55,242 bases of DNA from Candidatus Aadella gelida (GTDB lineage: Bacteria; Omnitrophota; Gorgyraeia; Tantalellales; Tantalellaceae). The notes beneath the pieces are model-generated. The model ran no database searches and was not told the origin of the DNA. It saw only the letters and a list, made by a program, of their open reading frames with translations. This document shows positions 45,849 to 55,156 of this stretch, piece after piece (the stretch's first letter is position 1; each line of letters begins with the position of its first letter). A program made the position numbers and the translations under genes. Where the stretch lies: the NCBI GenBank assembly GCA_030765205.1, contig JAVCDB010000017.1, positions 1-55,242 on the forward strand. The letters run 5' to 3'.

Positions 45849-46801
45849 GAGTAATTGTTACTGGTGGGACAGGATTTATTGGAAGGAATCTCGTAAAAGA
45901 GCTTAATTCCCAAGGGTATGATGTAACCTGTCTGGTGAGGGAGACCAGTAACACGGATTTATTGGAAAATTTGGATGTAGACTTTGTTGTATGTGACATT
46001 ATGGACGAGCAGGAGATTAAGAACGTTTTTAATCGTATCCGGCCTGATATAGTTATACATTGTGCAGCTTCCGTGATGGAAAAAGATAGAGAAAAATTGA
46101 TGGATGTTAACGTTACTACTACGAAGAATATTGCTCAAGCGTCTTATGAACATGATGTCGGAAGGTTTGTTTATTTAAGTTCAGTCTCGGTTATCAGTGG
46201 GAATCCGAAAGTTCCGCTTGAAGAAGATCTTCCTTATTCAGCAAGTAACGGATATGGGTTCTCTAAAATAGAAGCAGAACGCATGGTTAAAGAATATCGA
46301 AAAAAAGGGCTAAAAACAGCTATTCTAAGACCGTGTATGGTGTACGGGAACGACGAACCTCATCTTTTGGACAAGCTCTTTCGGTACGCTGAAAAAAGGT
46401 TTATCCCTGTTCTGAATGATCCCGTCATGAATTCAAAGCTGCAGCTTGTACATGTTTCCAATGTAGTAGAAGCCATTATTATGGCTATGAACAAAGAGGA
46501 AGCACTTACCGATACATTTATGGTGGCGGATAAAGAGATAATTACAATGAAACGGTTCGTTGAGATTGTCACCGAAGAGATGATCGGGAAATCTCCATTT
46601 GTTATCCCGGGGTGGATAGTAAAAATAGGTAAGATCATACCTTTTTTAAGACGAAAGATGGAACGGACTTTTAAAGATCGTGTGTATGACATATTGCGAG
46701 CCGTGGATGTTTTAGGATATGATCCTAAAATATCTACCGAAGAGGGACTCAAGATGACGGTTAGACATTGGAAGAGTAAGAGAAAAGACCATAGACTATA
46801 G
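45845..46801 (+). CDS. NAD-dependent epimerase/dehydratase family (extended SDR) protein.
   Basis: The Rossmann motif VTGGTGFIGRNL and the catalytic YGFSK (YxxxK) are present. Confidence 0.9.
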   Translation: MRVIVTGGTGFIGRNLVKELNSQGYDVTCLVRETSNTDLLENLDVDFVVCDIMDEQEIKNVFNRIRPDIVIHCAASVMEKDREKLMDVNVTTTKNIAQASYEHDVGRFVYLSSVSVISGNPKVPLEEDLPYSASNGYGFSKIEAERMVKEYRKKGLKTAILRPCMVYGNDEPHLLDKLFRYAEKRFIPVLNDPVMNSKLQLVHVSNVVEAIIMAMNKEEALTDTFMVADKEIITMKRFVEIVTEEMIGKSPFVIPGWIVKIGKIIPFLRRKMERTFKDRVYDILRAVDVLGYDPKISTEEGLKMTVRHWKSKRKDHRL

Positions 46802-46897
46802 ACAATGGACTATTGACTTGGTTTGACCGATACGCAAACTCGGGGTGAAATATTAATCTTTTCAATAGTCAATAGTTAATTGTCTAACGTGGTCTAA
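46785..46897 (+). repeat. Inverted heptamer-array element: AAGACCA TAGACTA TAGACAA TGGACTA TTGACTT, the core TTGACCGATACGCAAACTCGGGGTGAA, then CAATAGT CAATAGT TAATTGT CTAACGT GGTCTAA.
   Basis: The left arm 46785-46819 overlaps the last five codons and the stop of the SDR gene. The core is 46823-46849 and the right arm 46863-46897. Confidence 0.85.
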
Positions 46898-46912
46898 AAC
46901 TTGGATTGAATT

Positions 46913-47503
46913 ATGAATATTTTATTACATATATGCTGTGGGGTATGCGCGGCATCCGCCGCGGAACAGCTTTTATGCGACGGGCATAAGGTTACTGGAT
47001 TTTTTTATGATCCCAATATACATCCGGTAGATGAATATAAAAAGCGTCTTGATGCAGTGAAAAAAATATGTGATATATATTCTGTAGAGGTTATTGAAGG
47101 ACCATATGATAGGGAGAGATGGTTTGAGATGGTAAAAGGTGTTGAGTATGAACCGGAAGGTGGAACAAGATGTGATATTTGCTTCAAGATGAGGCTAGAA
47201 AAAACTTATGAAATGCTCAAGAAAAAAGATTTTGACGCGTTCACAACGACACTGACTGTTGGGCCCATGAAAAACGCCGTAAAGATTAATGAAATAGGTT
47301 ATAATATAGGCGGGGAAAAATTTTTGCCGTTCAATTTCAAGAAAAAAGACGGGTTCAAAAGAGCCGTTGAGATCGCGAAAGAACAAGGCCTATACCAGCA
47401 GCATTATTGCGGATGTATCTATAGTAAAGAAGAGATGCTGAAGAGAGAAGATAGAGGCGAGAAGTTAGAAGGAAGAGGGAAGAAAGACGAAGGACGACAA
47501 TAG
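46913..47503 (+). CDS. queH: Epoxyqueuosine reductase QueH (DUF208 family).
   Basis: The motifs LLHICCGVC, GGTRCDIC, the C-terminal Cys motif YQQHYCGC and FTTTLTVGP are present. Confidence 0.88.
   Translation: MNILLHICCGVCAASAAEQLLCDGHKVTGFFYDPNIHPVDEYKKRLDAVKKICDIYSVEVIEGPYDRERWFEMVKGVEYEPEGGTRCDICFKMRLEKTYEMLKKKDFDAFTTTLTVGPMKNAVKINEIGYNIGGEKFLPFNFKKKDGFKRAVEIAKEQGLYQQHYCGCIYSKEEMLKREDRGEKLEGRGKKDEGRQ
47447..47502 (+). repeat. Eight in-phase purine-rich heptamers (GAAGATA GAGGCGA GAAGTTA GAAGGAA GAGGGAA GAAAGAC GAAGGAC GACAATA) forming the 3' end of the queH ORF.
   Basis: A 7-nt periodicity lies inside a coding tail. The stretch 47478-47496 is identical over 19 nt to the intergenic 43370-43388. 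Confidence 0.85.
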
Positions 47504-47535
47504 TAGTAGCTGGGGTTTAAACCCCAGCTACTACT
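47502..47535 (+). terminator. Perfect 15-bp stem with a 4-nt loop, AGTAGTAGCTGGGGT-TTAA-ACCCCAGCTACTACT, right at the queH stop. It has no U-tract.
   Basis: The sequence is a 34-nt perfect palindrome. The absence of a T-run makes classical intrinsic termination uncertain. Confidence 0.45.
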
Positions 47536-47566
47536 GAATCAGTATTTTAAATTTAATGGGACTATT

Positions 47567-48589
47567 ATGAAGAATAAAAAAGTATCATATTCCGCGTTCT
47601 TGAAGAACGTTAAAGATACCATTAAGCAGTATGATATGCTGGAAAAAGGCGACAGAGTACTTGTCGGAGTATCCGGCGGGGCCGATTCGGTATGTCTTTT
47701 AAAAGCGCTAATAGGCATTAAAAAGACTTTGGGAATAGATATTGTTGTTGCTAATCTGGATCATTCGTTGCGGGGCGCCGAATCCGCTAAAGAGTCACTA
47801 TTCGTCGTCAAGCTTTCAAAAGAGTTGGGCGTAGAGTGTGTCTCTGAAAAGATCAATGTTAAATCGCGCGGGGTTAGAGGGATGTCTGTCGAAGAAAAGG
47901 CGCGTGATGCTAGATATAAGTTTTTTTGCAGGATAGCTAAGGAGAAAAGGTGTACGGTCATAGCTACGGGACACACTATGAACGATCAGTCGGAAACAGT
48001 GATCATGAAGATCTTGTACGGGTCATCAATATCGGGTCTTTCGGGAATACCTCCAGTAAGGAAAGAAAAACAGTTCAGGATAATCCGCCCGCTAATAAGG
48101 ACCGGACGCAAAGATATAATCGGGTTTTTGGACGGTTGCGGGTTACATCATATTGAGGACAGTTCTAATAAAGATATGCGTTTTAGACGGAATCGGATAA
48201 GGCAGGAGATTCTGCCGTATCTGGAAAAGTATAGTCCACGGATAAAAAGGTTATTGGTTAACTTGTCCGATACTTTGAGGGAAGATATTTCTTTCATTGA
48301 AGACGCGAAAAAAAATGTTAATAAAAATAAGGGCACGGGCAAATCGGGTTCGGGAGAGATGAAAGTAAAAGAGCTTTTGTCCTTGCCTGAAACTGTCAGA
48401 AAAACCGTTCTCAAAGAATTATTTATAAATTCCGGAGGGAATGTGAAAAAACTCACGTATCGGCATTGGATAGACATGAATGGTCTAATAAAGAGTTCCG
48501 GGAAGGGGAAGTCTTTAGATCTTCCGGGTAATGTCGCGATAGTTAAGAAAAAGGGCAAAATTGTTTTTATAGAAAAACAAAAGAATTGA
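47567..48589 (+). CDS. tilS: tRNA(Ile)-lysidine synthase.
   Basis: The PP-loop GVSGGADSVCLL is present, and the gene sits upstream of ftsH. Confidence 0.93.
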   Translation: MKNKKVSYSAFLKNVKDTIKQYDMLEKGDRVLVGVSGGADSVCLLKALIGIKKTLGIDIVVANLDHSLRGAESAKESLFVVKLSKELGVECVSEKINVKSRGVRGMSVEEKARDARYKFFCRIAKEKRCTVIATGHTMNDQSETVIMKILYGSSISGLSGIPPVRKEKQFRIIRPLIRTGRKDIIGFLDGCGLHHIEDSSNKDMRFRRNRIRQEILPYLEKYSPRIKRLLVNLSDTLREDISFIEDAKKNVNKNKGTGKSGSGEMKVKELLSLPETVRKTVLKELFINSGGNVKKLTYRHWIDMNGLIKSSGKGKSLDLPGNVAIVKKKGKIVFIEKQKN

Positions 48590-48594
48590 CATGT

Positions 48595-48623
48595 TTGACC
48601 CGGCATAAGCAGTGTGCTAGAAT
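48595..48623 (+). promoter_or_regulatory. Candidate promoter of ftsH: -35 TTGACC, a 17-nt spacer, and an extended -10 TGcTAGAAT.
   Basis: TTGACC lies at 48595-48600, TG at 48615-48616 and TAGAAT at 48618-48623. This is about 60 nt upstream of the ftsH ATG. Confidence 0.5.
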
Positions 48624-48685
48624 ACTGGGGCACTAATAATAGTGTTAAGCCAAAATAGCGCTACAAAAAAAAGGAAACATAATAG

Positions 48686-50611
48686 ATGAAGGATAATAAC
48701 AAACCCGGCAGTACCGGCAGGAAAAAGACACCGCAAAAAAATGGCGGCAAGAAGAATAAGAATATGCCCGATAGGTTCGCATGGATACTGGTAGTTGCCG
48801 GTGTATTTCTTATATTTCAGTGGGTATTCTCTTCGTTCGAGGAGACTACGCATGAGATGACTTATAAGGAATTTTACCAGACACTTGAGGTTAACGAGAA
48901 AACCGGAGCGATAAGTTCGGCTGTTAAAGTCGAGGATCGCATAATCGGGAAAATGAGTGATGGCAAGCCGTATATGGTCAATATCCCAGCCGAGAACGAG
49001 GCGCTCATAGATCTTATGATACGTAACGTTCCGGAGTTCGATATTAAGCCGCCGCAAACGTTCTTATCAAACCTTTTTTATTCATTGGGGCCGATGATAA
49101 TATTTATACTGTTTTTGTGGTTTTTCATATATCGAGGAGCTTCCGCGGGCGGCGGGAAGATGATGGCATTCGGGAAATCCCGGGCAAAGCTTGCGGGCAA
49201 GGACAAAATGAAATTCACGTTCGACGATGTTGCCGGAATAGAAGAAGCTAAAGAGGAGCTTAAAGAAGTGATCGAGTTTTTGCAGGATCCTAAAAAGTTT
49301 CAGAAACTTGGAGGGAAGATGCCTAAAGGAGTGCTTCTTATGGGTCCTCCGGGTACAGGTAAAACGCTTTTAGCAAAAGCTGTTGCCGGTGAAGCGGGCG
49401 TACCGTTTTTTAGTATATCAGGTTCGGATTTTGTTGAGATGTTCGTAGGTGTTGGAGCGTCACGGGTCAGAGATCTCTTCGAGCAGGCAAAAAAATCCGT
49501 TAAGATGAGCCAAAAAGGCTGCATAATTTTTATGGATGAGATAGATGCGGTGGGCAGGCAGCGTTTTTCTGGGATAGGCGGGGGTCATGACGAACGCGAA
49601 CAGACACTTAACGCACTTCTATCTGAAATGGACGGGTTTGACACAGCAACCGGAGTTATTCTCATAGCAGCTACTAATCGTCCGGATGTCCTGGATTCAG
49701 CGCTTCTAAGACCGGGCCGGTTCGACAGACAAATAGTGGTAGATAGACCCGATCTTGAAGGGAGAGTAGCGATTCTTAAAGTGCATGCACGTAATGTTAA
49801 AATGGACGAAGATATAGATTACGAGAAGATAGCTAAACAAACAATATATTTTTCCGGGGCCGATCTTGCTAATCTCATAAACGAAGGCGCTCTTTTAGGC
49901 GCGCGGCGTAACAAAAAAGCTGTTGGTATGGAAGAACTGCAGGAAGCTATGGAAAGGGTCATAGCGGGTCCGGAACGTAAATCCAGAAAAATAAATGATG
50001 AAGAGAAAAAAATCACCGCTTACCATGAATCAGGCCATGCACTTATGTCTTATCTTATTGAAGGAGCGGATCCTCTGCATAAAGTGACCATAGTCTCACG
50101 CGGTATGGCTCTGGGTTATACTATACATCTACCAACAAGTGATACTCATATAGTACGGAAAAAACAGCTTTTAGGAAAGATCACCGTAATGCTGGCAGGC
50201 CGTGCCAGTGAAGAAGTAGCGTTCAATGAAATATCCAGCGGCGCACATGACGATATTAAAAAGGCTACCGAAATTGCCCGTGATATGGTAACCCAATACG
50301 GTATGAGCGAAAAGCTAGGACAGATAACTTTCGGAAAAAGACATAATCAGGTTTTTCTGGGAAGAGATATTTCTGAAGAACGAAATTATAGTGAAGATAC
50401 CGCTAAACTTATAGATCAGGAAATCAAAGGTATAGTGGACAGATGTTATGAGAAAGCTATGACCCGGTTGACCGAGAATAAAGATAAATTGAATATACTG
50501 GCTCTTAAGCTTATAGAAAAAGAGACTTTGGAAGAGGCCGAGGTGCGTGAGATGCTCGGACTTGGTGGTAATAAAAAAGAGGATAAAACTGACCTCGGGG
50601 AAAAGAAATAA
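48686..50611 (+). CDS. ftsH: ATP-dependent zinc metalloprotease FtsH.
   Basis: The AAA Walker [19 protein letters not shown], the SRH region, the zinc motif HESGHAL and two N-terminal TM segments are present. Confidence 0.97.
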   Translation: MKDNNKPGSTGRKKTPQKNGGKKNKNMPDRFAWILVVAGVFLIFQWVFSSFEETTHEMTYKEFYQTLEVNEKTGAISSAVKVEDRIIGKMSDGKPYMVNIPAENEALIDLMIRNVPEFDIKPPQTFLSNLFYSLGPMIIFILFLWFFIYRGASAGGGKMMAFGKSRAKLAGKDKMKFTFDDVAGIEEAKEELKEVIEFLQDPKKFQKLGGKMPKGVLLMGPPGTGKTLLAKAVAGEAGVPFFSISGSDFVEMFVGVGASRVRDLFEQAKKSVKMSQKGCIIFMDEIDAVGRQRFSGIGGGHDEREQTLNALLSEMDGFDTATGVILIAATNRPDVLDSALLRPGRFDRQIVVDRPDLEGRVAILKVHARNVKMDEDIDYEKIAKQTIYFSGADLANLINEGALLGARRNKKAVGMEELQEAMERVIAGPERKSRKINDEEKKITAYHESGHALMSYLIEGADPLHKVTIVSRGMALGYTIHLPTSDTHIVRKKQLLGKITVMLAGRASEEVAFNEISSGAHDDIKKATEIARDMVTQYGMSEKLGQITFGKRHNQVFLGRDISEERNYSEDTAKLIDQEIKGIVDRCYEKAMTRLTENKDKLNILALKLIEKETLEEAEVREMLGLGGNKKEDKTDLGEKK

Positions 50612-50615
50612 AATA

Positions 50616-51452
50616 GTGAAAAAAGATCTGCGTATTAAAAACAGTTTCTTGCCGGTATCCCGCAAGGTATGCATAATGGGGATACTCAATATTACCCCGG
50701 ATTCGTTCAGTGATGGAGGCAGGTATATTGATGCACGGGTAGCTAGGGATAAAGCGCTGGAGATGATATCGAACGGTGCGGATATCATAGATATAGGTGG
50801 GGAATCATCCAGGTCCGGATCACGAGAGATCACGCCGGAGGAAGAAAAGGAACGGGTTATACCGGTCATAAAAGCTTTAAAAGACGTAAAAGTGCCGCTA
50901 TCTATCGATACCTGGAAAGCGGATGTTGCTCAGGCGGCTTTGGAAGAAGGCGTAAGTGTAATAAACGATATTACCGCTCTCGGTGGTGACGCGGATATGG
51001 CAAGTATCGCCGCGAAATATGATGCGGGCCTTATACTGATGCATATGAAAGGTATGCCCCGGGATATGCAGGATGATCCCCAGTATAAAGATATAATGAA
51101 AGAGATATGTTCTTACCTTTCAGAATCGATAAAAAAGGCAGAAGATGCCGGGCTCAATCCCGATAATATAGGGGTAGACCCGGGTATAGGTTTCGGAAAA
51201 ACGCTTGAGCATAATCTTACTATACTTAACGAACTGGATAAACTTGATAAACTGGGGAAGGTAATACTTGTGGGTCCAAGCAGGAAATCGTTTATCGGGA
51301 CCGTTACAGGCAAAGACACCCGAGACAGACTTTCCGGGACTATAGCAGCATCAATGTTTGCAATAATGAAAGGTGCTGGTATAATTAGAGTGCATGATGT
51401 TGATGCCGTCAAAGACGCTGTATTGATGATACGAGCCATAACAAAAGAGTAG
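50616..51452 (+). CDS. folP: Dihydropteroate synthase.
   Basis: The motifs IMGILNITPDSFSDGG, DIGGESSRSG and DPGIGFGK are present. The start is uncertain: GTG at 50616 or ATG at 50676. The ORF-track start at 50547 lies inside ftsH. Confidence 0.9.
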   Translation: MKKDLRIKNSFLPVSRKVCIMGILNITPDSFSDGGRYIDARVARDKALEMISNGADIIDIGGESSRSGSREITPEEEKERVIPVIKALKDVKVPLSIDTWKADVAQAALEEGVSVINDITALGGDADMASIAAKYDAGLILMHMKGMPRDMQDDPQYKDIMKEICSYLSESIKKAEDAGLNPDNIGVDPGIGFGKTLEHNLTILNELDKLDKLGKVILVGPSRKSFIGTVTGKDTRDRLSGTIAASMFAIMKGAGIIRVHDVDAVKDAVLMIRAITKE

Positions 51453-51460
51453 ACAGACTC

Positions 51461-52261
51461 ATGGAATTCTTTTTAGGATATTGGGAAATTGTACTTGAGA
51501 TGGCGATCCTGTGGATAGCTTATTATATGATATACCTCTTGCTCCGAGGTACAGCCGCAGAACAGGTACTCAAAGGGATAATCATCATATCTCTAGTCAT
51601 AATGCTTACCGGCGGGATGAATCTGGTTATAATCAATTGGATTCTCACAAGACTCCTGGCTATATCCGTGATAGCCTTTCTAATAATCTTTCAACCGGAG
51701 ATACGTAGAGGCCTTGCCAGAATAGGCAGGTTTGGTATCTTTTCAGGTGAGAAAGAAATTTTAAATGAGATAGCTAAAGCCGCAACAATACTATCAAAAA
51801 AACGCATAGGGGCACTAATAGCCGCAGAAAGAGAAATAGGGTTGAGACGTTATGTTGAAAGCGGTGTTAGTATAGACAGTTCCGTGACCAGCGAATTAAT
51901 TAATACCATATTCTCCCCGAATACACCTCTTCATGACGGAGGTATAATAGTATCCGAACAGAGAGTAGAGGCCGCGGCCTGTCTTTTTCCGCTTACTCAG
52001 AACCCTAATGTATCAAAGACAATGGGTACACGGCATAGGGCTGCGTTAGGGCTCAGTGAAGAGACTGACGCGGTAATCATAGTCGTTAGCGAAGAGACCG
52101 GGCATATAGGTATGGCGGTTGGCGGGAAAATAACTGAAGACATCGATCCAAAAAATCTGGTCAAGATATTAGAAAAAGCATATGCTCCTAAAATAAAAAA
52201 ACAACCATTTCTGGTACTTCTTAGACGTATAATCGCAAAACGAAGGATAGTACAAAACTAA
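51461..52261 (+). CDS. cdaA: Diadenylate cyclase CdaA (DisA_N/DAC domain, membrane-anchored).
   Basis: Three N-terminal TM segments and the motifs TPLHDGGIIV and GTRHRAALGLSEETDAVIIVVSEETG are present. Confidence 0.95.
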   Translation: MEFFLGYWEIVLEMAILWIAYYMIYLLLRGTAAEQVLKGIIIISLVIMLTGGMNLVIINWILTRLLAISVIAFLIIFQPEIRRGLARIGRFGIFSGEKEILNEIAKAATILSKKRIGALIAAEREIGLRRYVESGVSIDSSVTSELINTIFSPNTPLHDGGIIVSEQRVEAAACLFPLTQNPNVSKTMGTRHRAALGLSEETDAVIIVVSEETGHIGMAVGGKITEDIDPKNLVKILEKAYAPKIKKQPFLVLLRRIIAKRRIVQN

Positions 52262-52262
52262 C

Positions 52263-52745
52263 ATGAACGGGTTTAAATTTATAACTAACAATTTTTTAGC
52301 AAAAATAATATCGTTGGCGCTGGCAATCGCTACGTGGTTCTATATCTTCGATCTAGTCAACACCGATTCGTTCCTTCAAAAAAATGAGACCATTGAAGAC
52401 GTTTTCTCTCGTTACCAATTTGTCATGAAAGAGGTGCCTGTTAAACCCGTGTTTTCTGGTAAATCACCCGAAGGGTACAGAGTTCTCTTTGATAAAGTCA
52501 AGATAGAACCGGAAAAAATATCGGTTTTTGGACCGGAAGAAGCCATGGATGATCTTGAGGGACTTCAGACAGATAAGATCAACCTTGGGGAGTATACCCG
52601 CAGTGTTAAATTGAGTTTAGGGCTTAATTCTGATATAAAATTTTTAAAAATACAGGATAAAGTTGTGGATCTCTATCTTCCTGTGGAACCCTTGCAAATA
52701 GACCCTCCTGTGGAATCCAAGCAAATAGATCCAAAAGTGAAATAG
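52263..52745 (+). CDS. cdaR: YbbR-domain protein (CdaR-like regulator of CdaA), short single-domain form.
   Basis: It has an N-terminal TM segment and a YbbR-like segment VPVKPVFSGKSPEGYRV...ISVFGPEE. It lies directly downstream of cdaA. Confidence 0.75.
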   Translation: MNGFKFITNNFLAKIISLALAIATWFYIFDLVNTDSFLQKNETIEDVFSRYQFVMKEVPVKPVFSGKSPEGYRVLFDKVKIEPEKISVFGPEEAMDDLEGLQTDKINLGEYTRSVKLSLGLNSDIKFLKIQDKVVDLYLPVEPLQIDPPVESKQIDPKVK

Positions 52746-52775
52746 AATGATACTCGTTAAGAATAGAGGTAGTAT

Positions 52776-53489
52776 ATGAAGTTAGGTGTTAATATTGATC
52801 ATATAGCTACTGTGCGGCAGGCGCGCAGGACTTTTGAACCCGATCCCGTGCAAGCCGCGACAGAAAGCGAAAAAGCCGGATGTGATTCTATCGTATGTCA
52901 TCTACGTAAAGACAGACGTCATATCTCGGACAAGGATCTTGAACTCCTAAAAAAAACAGTCAGGACTAAACTTAATATGGAGGTGTCTATAGACCCTGAG
53001 ATAGTTGATATCGCGGCACGGACCGTGCCCGACCAAGCTACTCTAGTCCCGGAAAAACGTATGGAACTGACCACTGAAGGCGGGTTGGATGTATGTGCCG
53101 GATTCGATAAAATAAAACATGTTGTCGGTACTCTGACCGGGAAGGGTATTGAGGTAAGTCTTTTTATCGATCCTGATCCCGACCAGATAGAAGCCTCCGG
53201 AGAAACCGGAGCCAAGATAGTAGAGTTTCATACAGGAAGGTATGCGGAAGCGTTTCATGCGGGGGAACAGTATGAAAAAGAATTAGATGTTATCGTTAAT
53301 ATGACGGAGCTAGCGCGAAACAAAGGACTGGTAGTTTGTGCGGGACACGGTTTGACTTATGCTAATGTAGCCCTTATAGCCGGGATAAAGGGAATTGAAG
53401 AACTTAATATAGGCCATTCGATAATATCCAGGGCGCTTTTCTCGGGGGTATATGAAGCGGTAAAAGAGATGTTGGAGCTGATAAAATGA
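52776..53489 (+). CDS. pdxJ: Pyridoxine 5'-phosphate synthase.
   Basis: The sequence starts MKLGVNIDHIATVRQAR and has the motifs HLRKDRRHI and ELNIGHSII. Confidence 0.96.
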   Translation: MKLGVNIDHIATVRQARRTFEPDPVQAATESEKAGCDSIVCHLRKDRRHISDKDLELLKKTVRTKLNMEVSIDPEIVDIAARTVPDQATLVPEKRMELTTEGGLDVCAGFDKIKHVVGTLTGKGIEVSLFIDPDPDQIEASGETGAKIVEFHTGRYAEAFHAGEQYEKELDVIVNMTELARNKGLVVCAGHGLTYANVALIAGIKGIEELNIGHSIISRALFSGVYEAVKEMLELIK

Positions 53490-53869
53490 GTATTACAGGG
53501 ATAGGTATAGATGTAGTTAACATACAAAGATTTGAAGAAGCCGTTAAAAAGCATGGCAAGAATTTTCTAACAAAAATGTTCACCGAACGAGAAATGGAAT
53601 ATGCCGGTGGGAAAAAAGCTTATGCTATGCATATGGCCGGTAAATTTGCCGCGAAAGAAGCTGTGAAAAAAGCTCTGCCAGATGGTGCTCGAATAGGACT
53701 TAACTGGCCGGAGATAGAAATACTTAATGATGAGGATGGTAAACCTTATACATGTCTGCATGGTACAGCTAAAGGTTTACTTAAAGAACACGGACTCGAA
53801 AGTGTGCTTGTGAGTATATCTCATACTAAAGAGGTTGCCGTGTCCAACGCAATAGGGGTGGAAAAATGA
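53486..53869 (+). CDS. acpS: Holo-[acyl-carrier-protein] synthase.
   Basis: The motifs GIGIDVVNIQRF, FAAKEA and SISHTKE are present. The ATGA overlaps pdxJ. Confidence 0.93.
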   Translation: MSITGIGIDVVNIQRFEEAVKKHGKNFLTKMFTEREMEYAGGKKAYAMHMAGKFAAKEAVKKALPDGARIGLNWPEIEILNDEDGKPYTCLHGTAKGLLKEHGLESVLVSISHTKEVAVSNAIGVEK

Positions 53870-54726
53870 CAAAAGAACATATAGACAAAATACCCGAACG
53901 CAAAAACGCTTCACATAAAGGTGATTACGGTAAAGTGTTGATCATAGGGGGGTCACGCGGCATGACCGGTGCGGCATATCTGACATCGCAGGGAGCACTT
54001 CTGGCGGGTAGCGGTCTGGTAACTTGCGGTATACCAGCATCACTCAATAGCATAATGGAAACAAAACTCACGGAAGTTATGACGCTTCCGCTTCCTGAGA
54101 CTGATCAAGGTACGTTCAGCGCGAAAGCCGAAAAAGAAATAGTATCTTTCGCCGAGACATGTGATGTTATTGCTATCGGACCTGGTTTGCGCGTGAATAA
54201 TGATACAACAAATCTTGTAGGAGCATTACTAGCTAATATAGATAAACCAATAGTACTTGATGCGGACGGAATAAATGTACTTGAGAATGATCATACCGTA
54301 CTTAAGTCAAGACAGGGCGTGACTGTTATAACGCCGCATCCCGGTGAGATGGCACGTTTTCTGGGTAGAGACATTGATGCTGTGCAGTCTGATAGGGAAG
54401 GTACAGCAAAAAGAACCGCAGAAGAAACAGGTGCGATAGTATGTCTTAAAGGCCATCAGACAGTTGTAGCTTCACCTAAAGGTGAAGTTTATGTTAACGC
54501 TACAGGAAATTCGGGGATGGCGACCGGCGGGACCGGAGACGTTTTGACCGGTATGATAACTTCGTTTATCGGGCAAGGAGTGAATGCGCATTCCGCGGCG
54601 GCATGTGCGGTATACCTGCATGGATTGGCGGGAGATATTGCGGCGGCTAAGAAAGGTATGTTTAGTATGATAGCTACTGATCTTCTGGATAATTTACCTG
54701 AAGCGTTTGAGAAGGCTGGAATATAA
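53866..54726 (+). CDS. nnrD: ADP-dependent (S)-NAD(P)H-hydrate dehydratase (YjeF C-terminal domain only).
   Basis: The motifs HKGDYGKVLIIGGS, GPGL, TPHPGE and GGTGDVLTG are present. Confidence 0.93.
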   Translation: MTKEHIDKIPERKNASHKGDYGKVLIIGGSRGMTGAAYLTSQGALLAGSGLVTCGIPASLNSIMETKLTEVMTLPLPETDQGTFSAKAEKEIVSFAETCDVIAIGPGLRVNNDTTNLVGALLANIDKPIVLDADGINVLENDHTVLKSRQGVTVITPHPGEMARFLGRDIDAVQSDREGTAKRTAEETGAIVCLKGHQTVVASPKGEVYVNATGNSGMATGGTGDVLTGMITSFIGQGVNAHSAAACAVYLHGLAGDIAAAKKGMFSMIATDLLDNLPEAFEKAGI

Positions 54727-54912
54727 TAGGCCGAAACTGCTGTCCCTGAGGAGAATTATAACTGTAACCCAGAGGCGCAAGCATTGCCCACTCAAACAGT
54801 CCTCACCCCGTCGTTTTGCTTTGCAAAACAAAGCAGCGGGGTTGCGGGAACTCGTGTACAATGCTCACACCCCTGAGTTACAAAGTTAGTGCACGGGGAC
54901 GGGATAGCCTAC
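54727..54912 (+). ncRNA. Candidate structured RNA with 6S-RNA-like architecture: a rod with a large central bubble. It may instead be a structured 3' UTR.
   Basis: The helices I paired by eye are TAGGC/GCCTA (54727-31 / 54907-11), CTGTCCC/GGGACGG (54740-46 / 54896-902), TGTAAC/GTTACA (54763-68 / 54877-82), CAGAGG/CCCCTG (54770-75 / 54870-75), AGCATTG/CAATGCT (54780-86 / 54859-65), CCCCG/CGGGG (54806-10 / 54837-41) and TGCTTTG/CAAAGCA (54817-23 / 54829-35). The bubble has 19 nt (54787-54805) opposite 17 nt (54842-54858). The region looks clearly more GC-rich than its surroundings. Confidence 0.3.
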
Positions 54913-55006
54913 ATGTATTTAAATGGGGCAATATAAAGAGTAAAGGGAATAGGAATCTTGTGAGGATTGGTCCGACTTTGTTGGACTTAATGAGTGATAT
55001 TCATAT

Positions 55007-55034
55007 TTGACAAAATTTATAGATAGGGTATAAT
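55007..55034 (+). promoter_or_regulatory. Consensus sigma70-type promoter for the tRNA-Thr/tRNA-Tyr cluster: TTGACA, a 16-nt spacer, then TATAAT.
   Basis: TTGACA lies at 55007-55012 and TATAAT at 55029-55034. tRNA-Thr starts at 55068. Confidence 0.6.
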
Positions 55035-55067
55035 ACTCAAACGTATTTTGTTATTTGAAAAATTAGT

Positions 55068-55143
55068 GCCGGCGTAGCTCAGCTGATAGAGCATCTCACT
55101 TGTAATGAGAATGTCGGGGGTTTGATTCCCTCCGCCGGCTCCA
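55068..55143 (+). tRNA. tRNA-Thr (anticodon TGT), with encoded CCA.
   Basis: The acceptor is GCCGGCG/CGCCGGC, the D arm GCTC...GAGC, the anticodon stem TCTCA/TGAGA, the loop CTTGTAA and the T loop TTTGATT. Confidence 0.9.
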
Positions 55144-55156
55144 TATGATCATATAT

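Noticed and set aside
19440-47502. Heptamer arrays as CRISPR arrays or as coding repeats.
   Set aside because: The units are 7 nt, directly tandem and without spacers, so they are not CRISPR. The 7-nt period is incompatible with a repeated peptide. No cas genes are present in the window.
50547-50615. folP ORF start inside ftsH.
   Set aside because: It would overlap the ftsH 3' end by 65 nt. The GTG at 50616, or the ATG at 50676, gives a normal DHPS N-terminus.
119-54000. All minus-strand ORFs in the track, for example 15428-15904, 32379-32831, 36498-37025, 48148-48633 and 50315-50869.
   Set aside because: Each lies fully antisense to a + strand gene with strong family motifs. Their translations are low-complexity, Ser/Leu/Ile-rich shadows with no recognisable motifs or RBS.
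54806-54841. AAGCAGCGGGG resembling the SRP RNA domain IV 3' strand.
   Set aside because: There is no GNRA tetraloop. The apical loop is CAAAA, and the conserved 5'-strand motif is absent.
54707-55010. ORFs 54707-54889 and 54816-55010 (+).
   Set aside because: They have no RBS and overlap each other. They lie in a GC-rich region that folds into a long rod, which is better explained as structured RNA or a 3' UTR plus the tRNA promoter.
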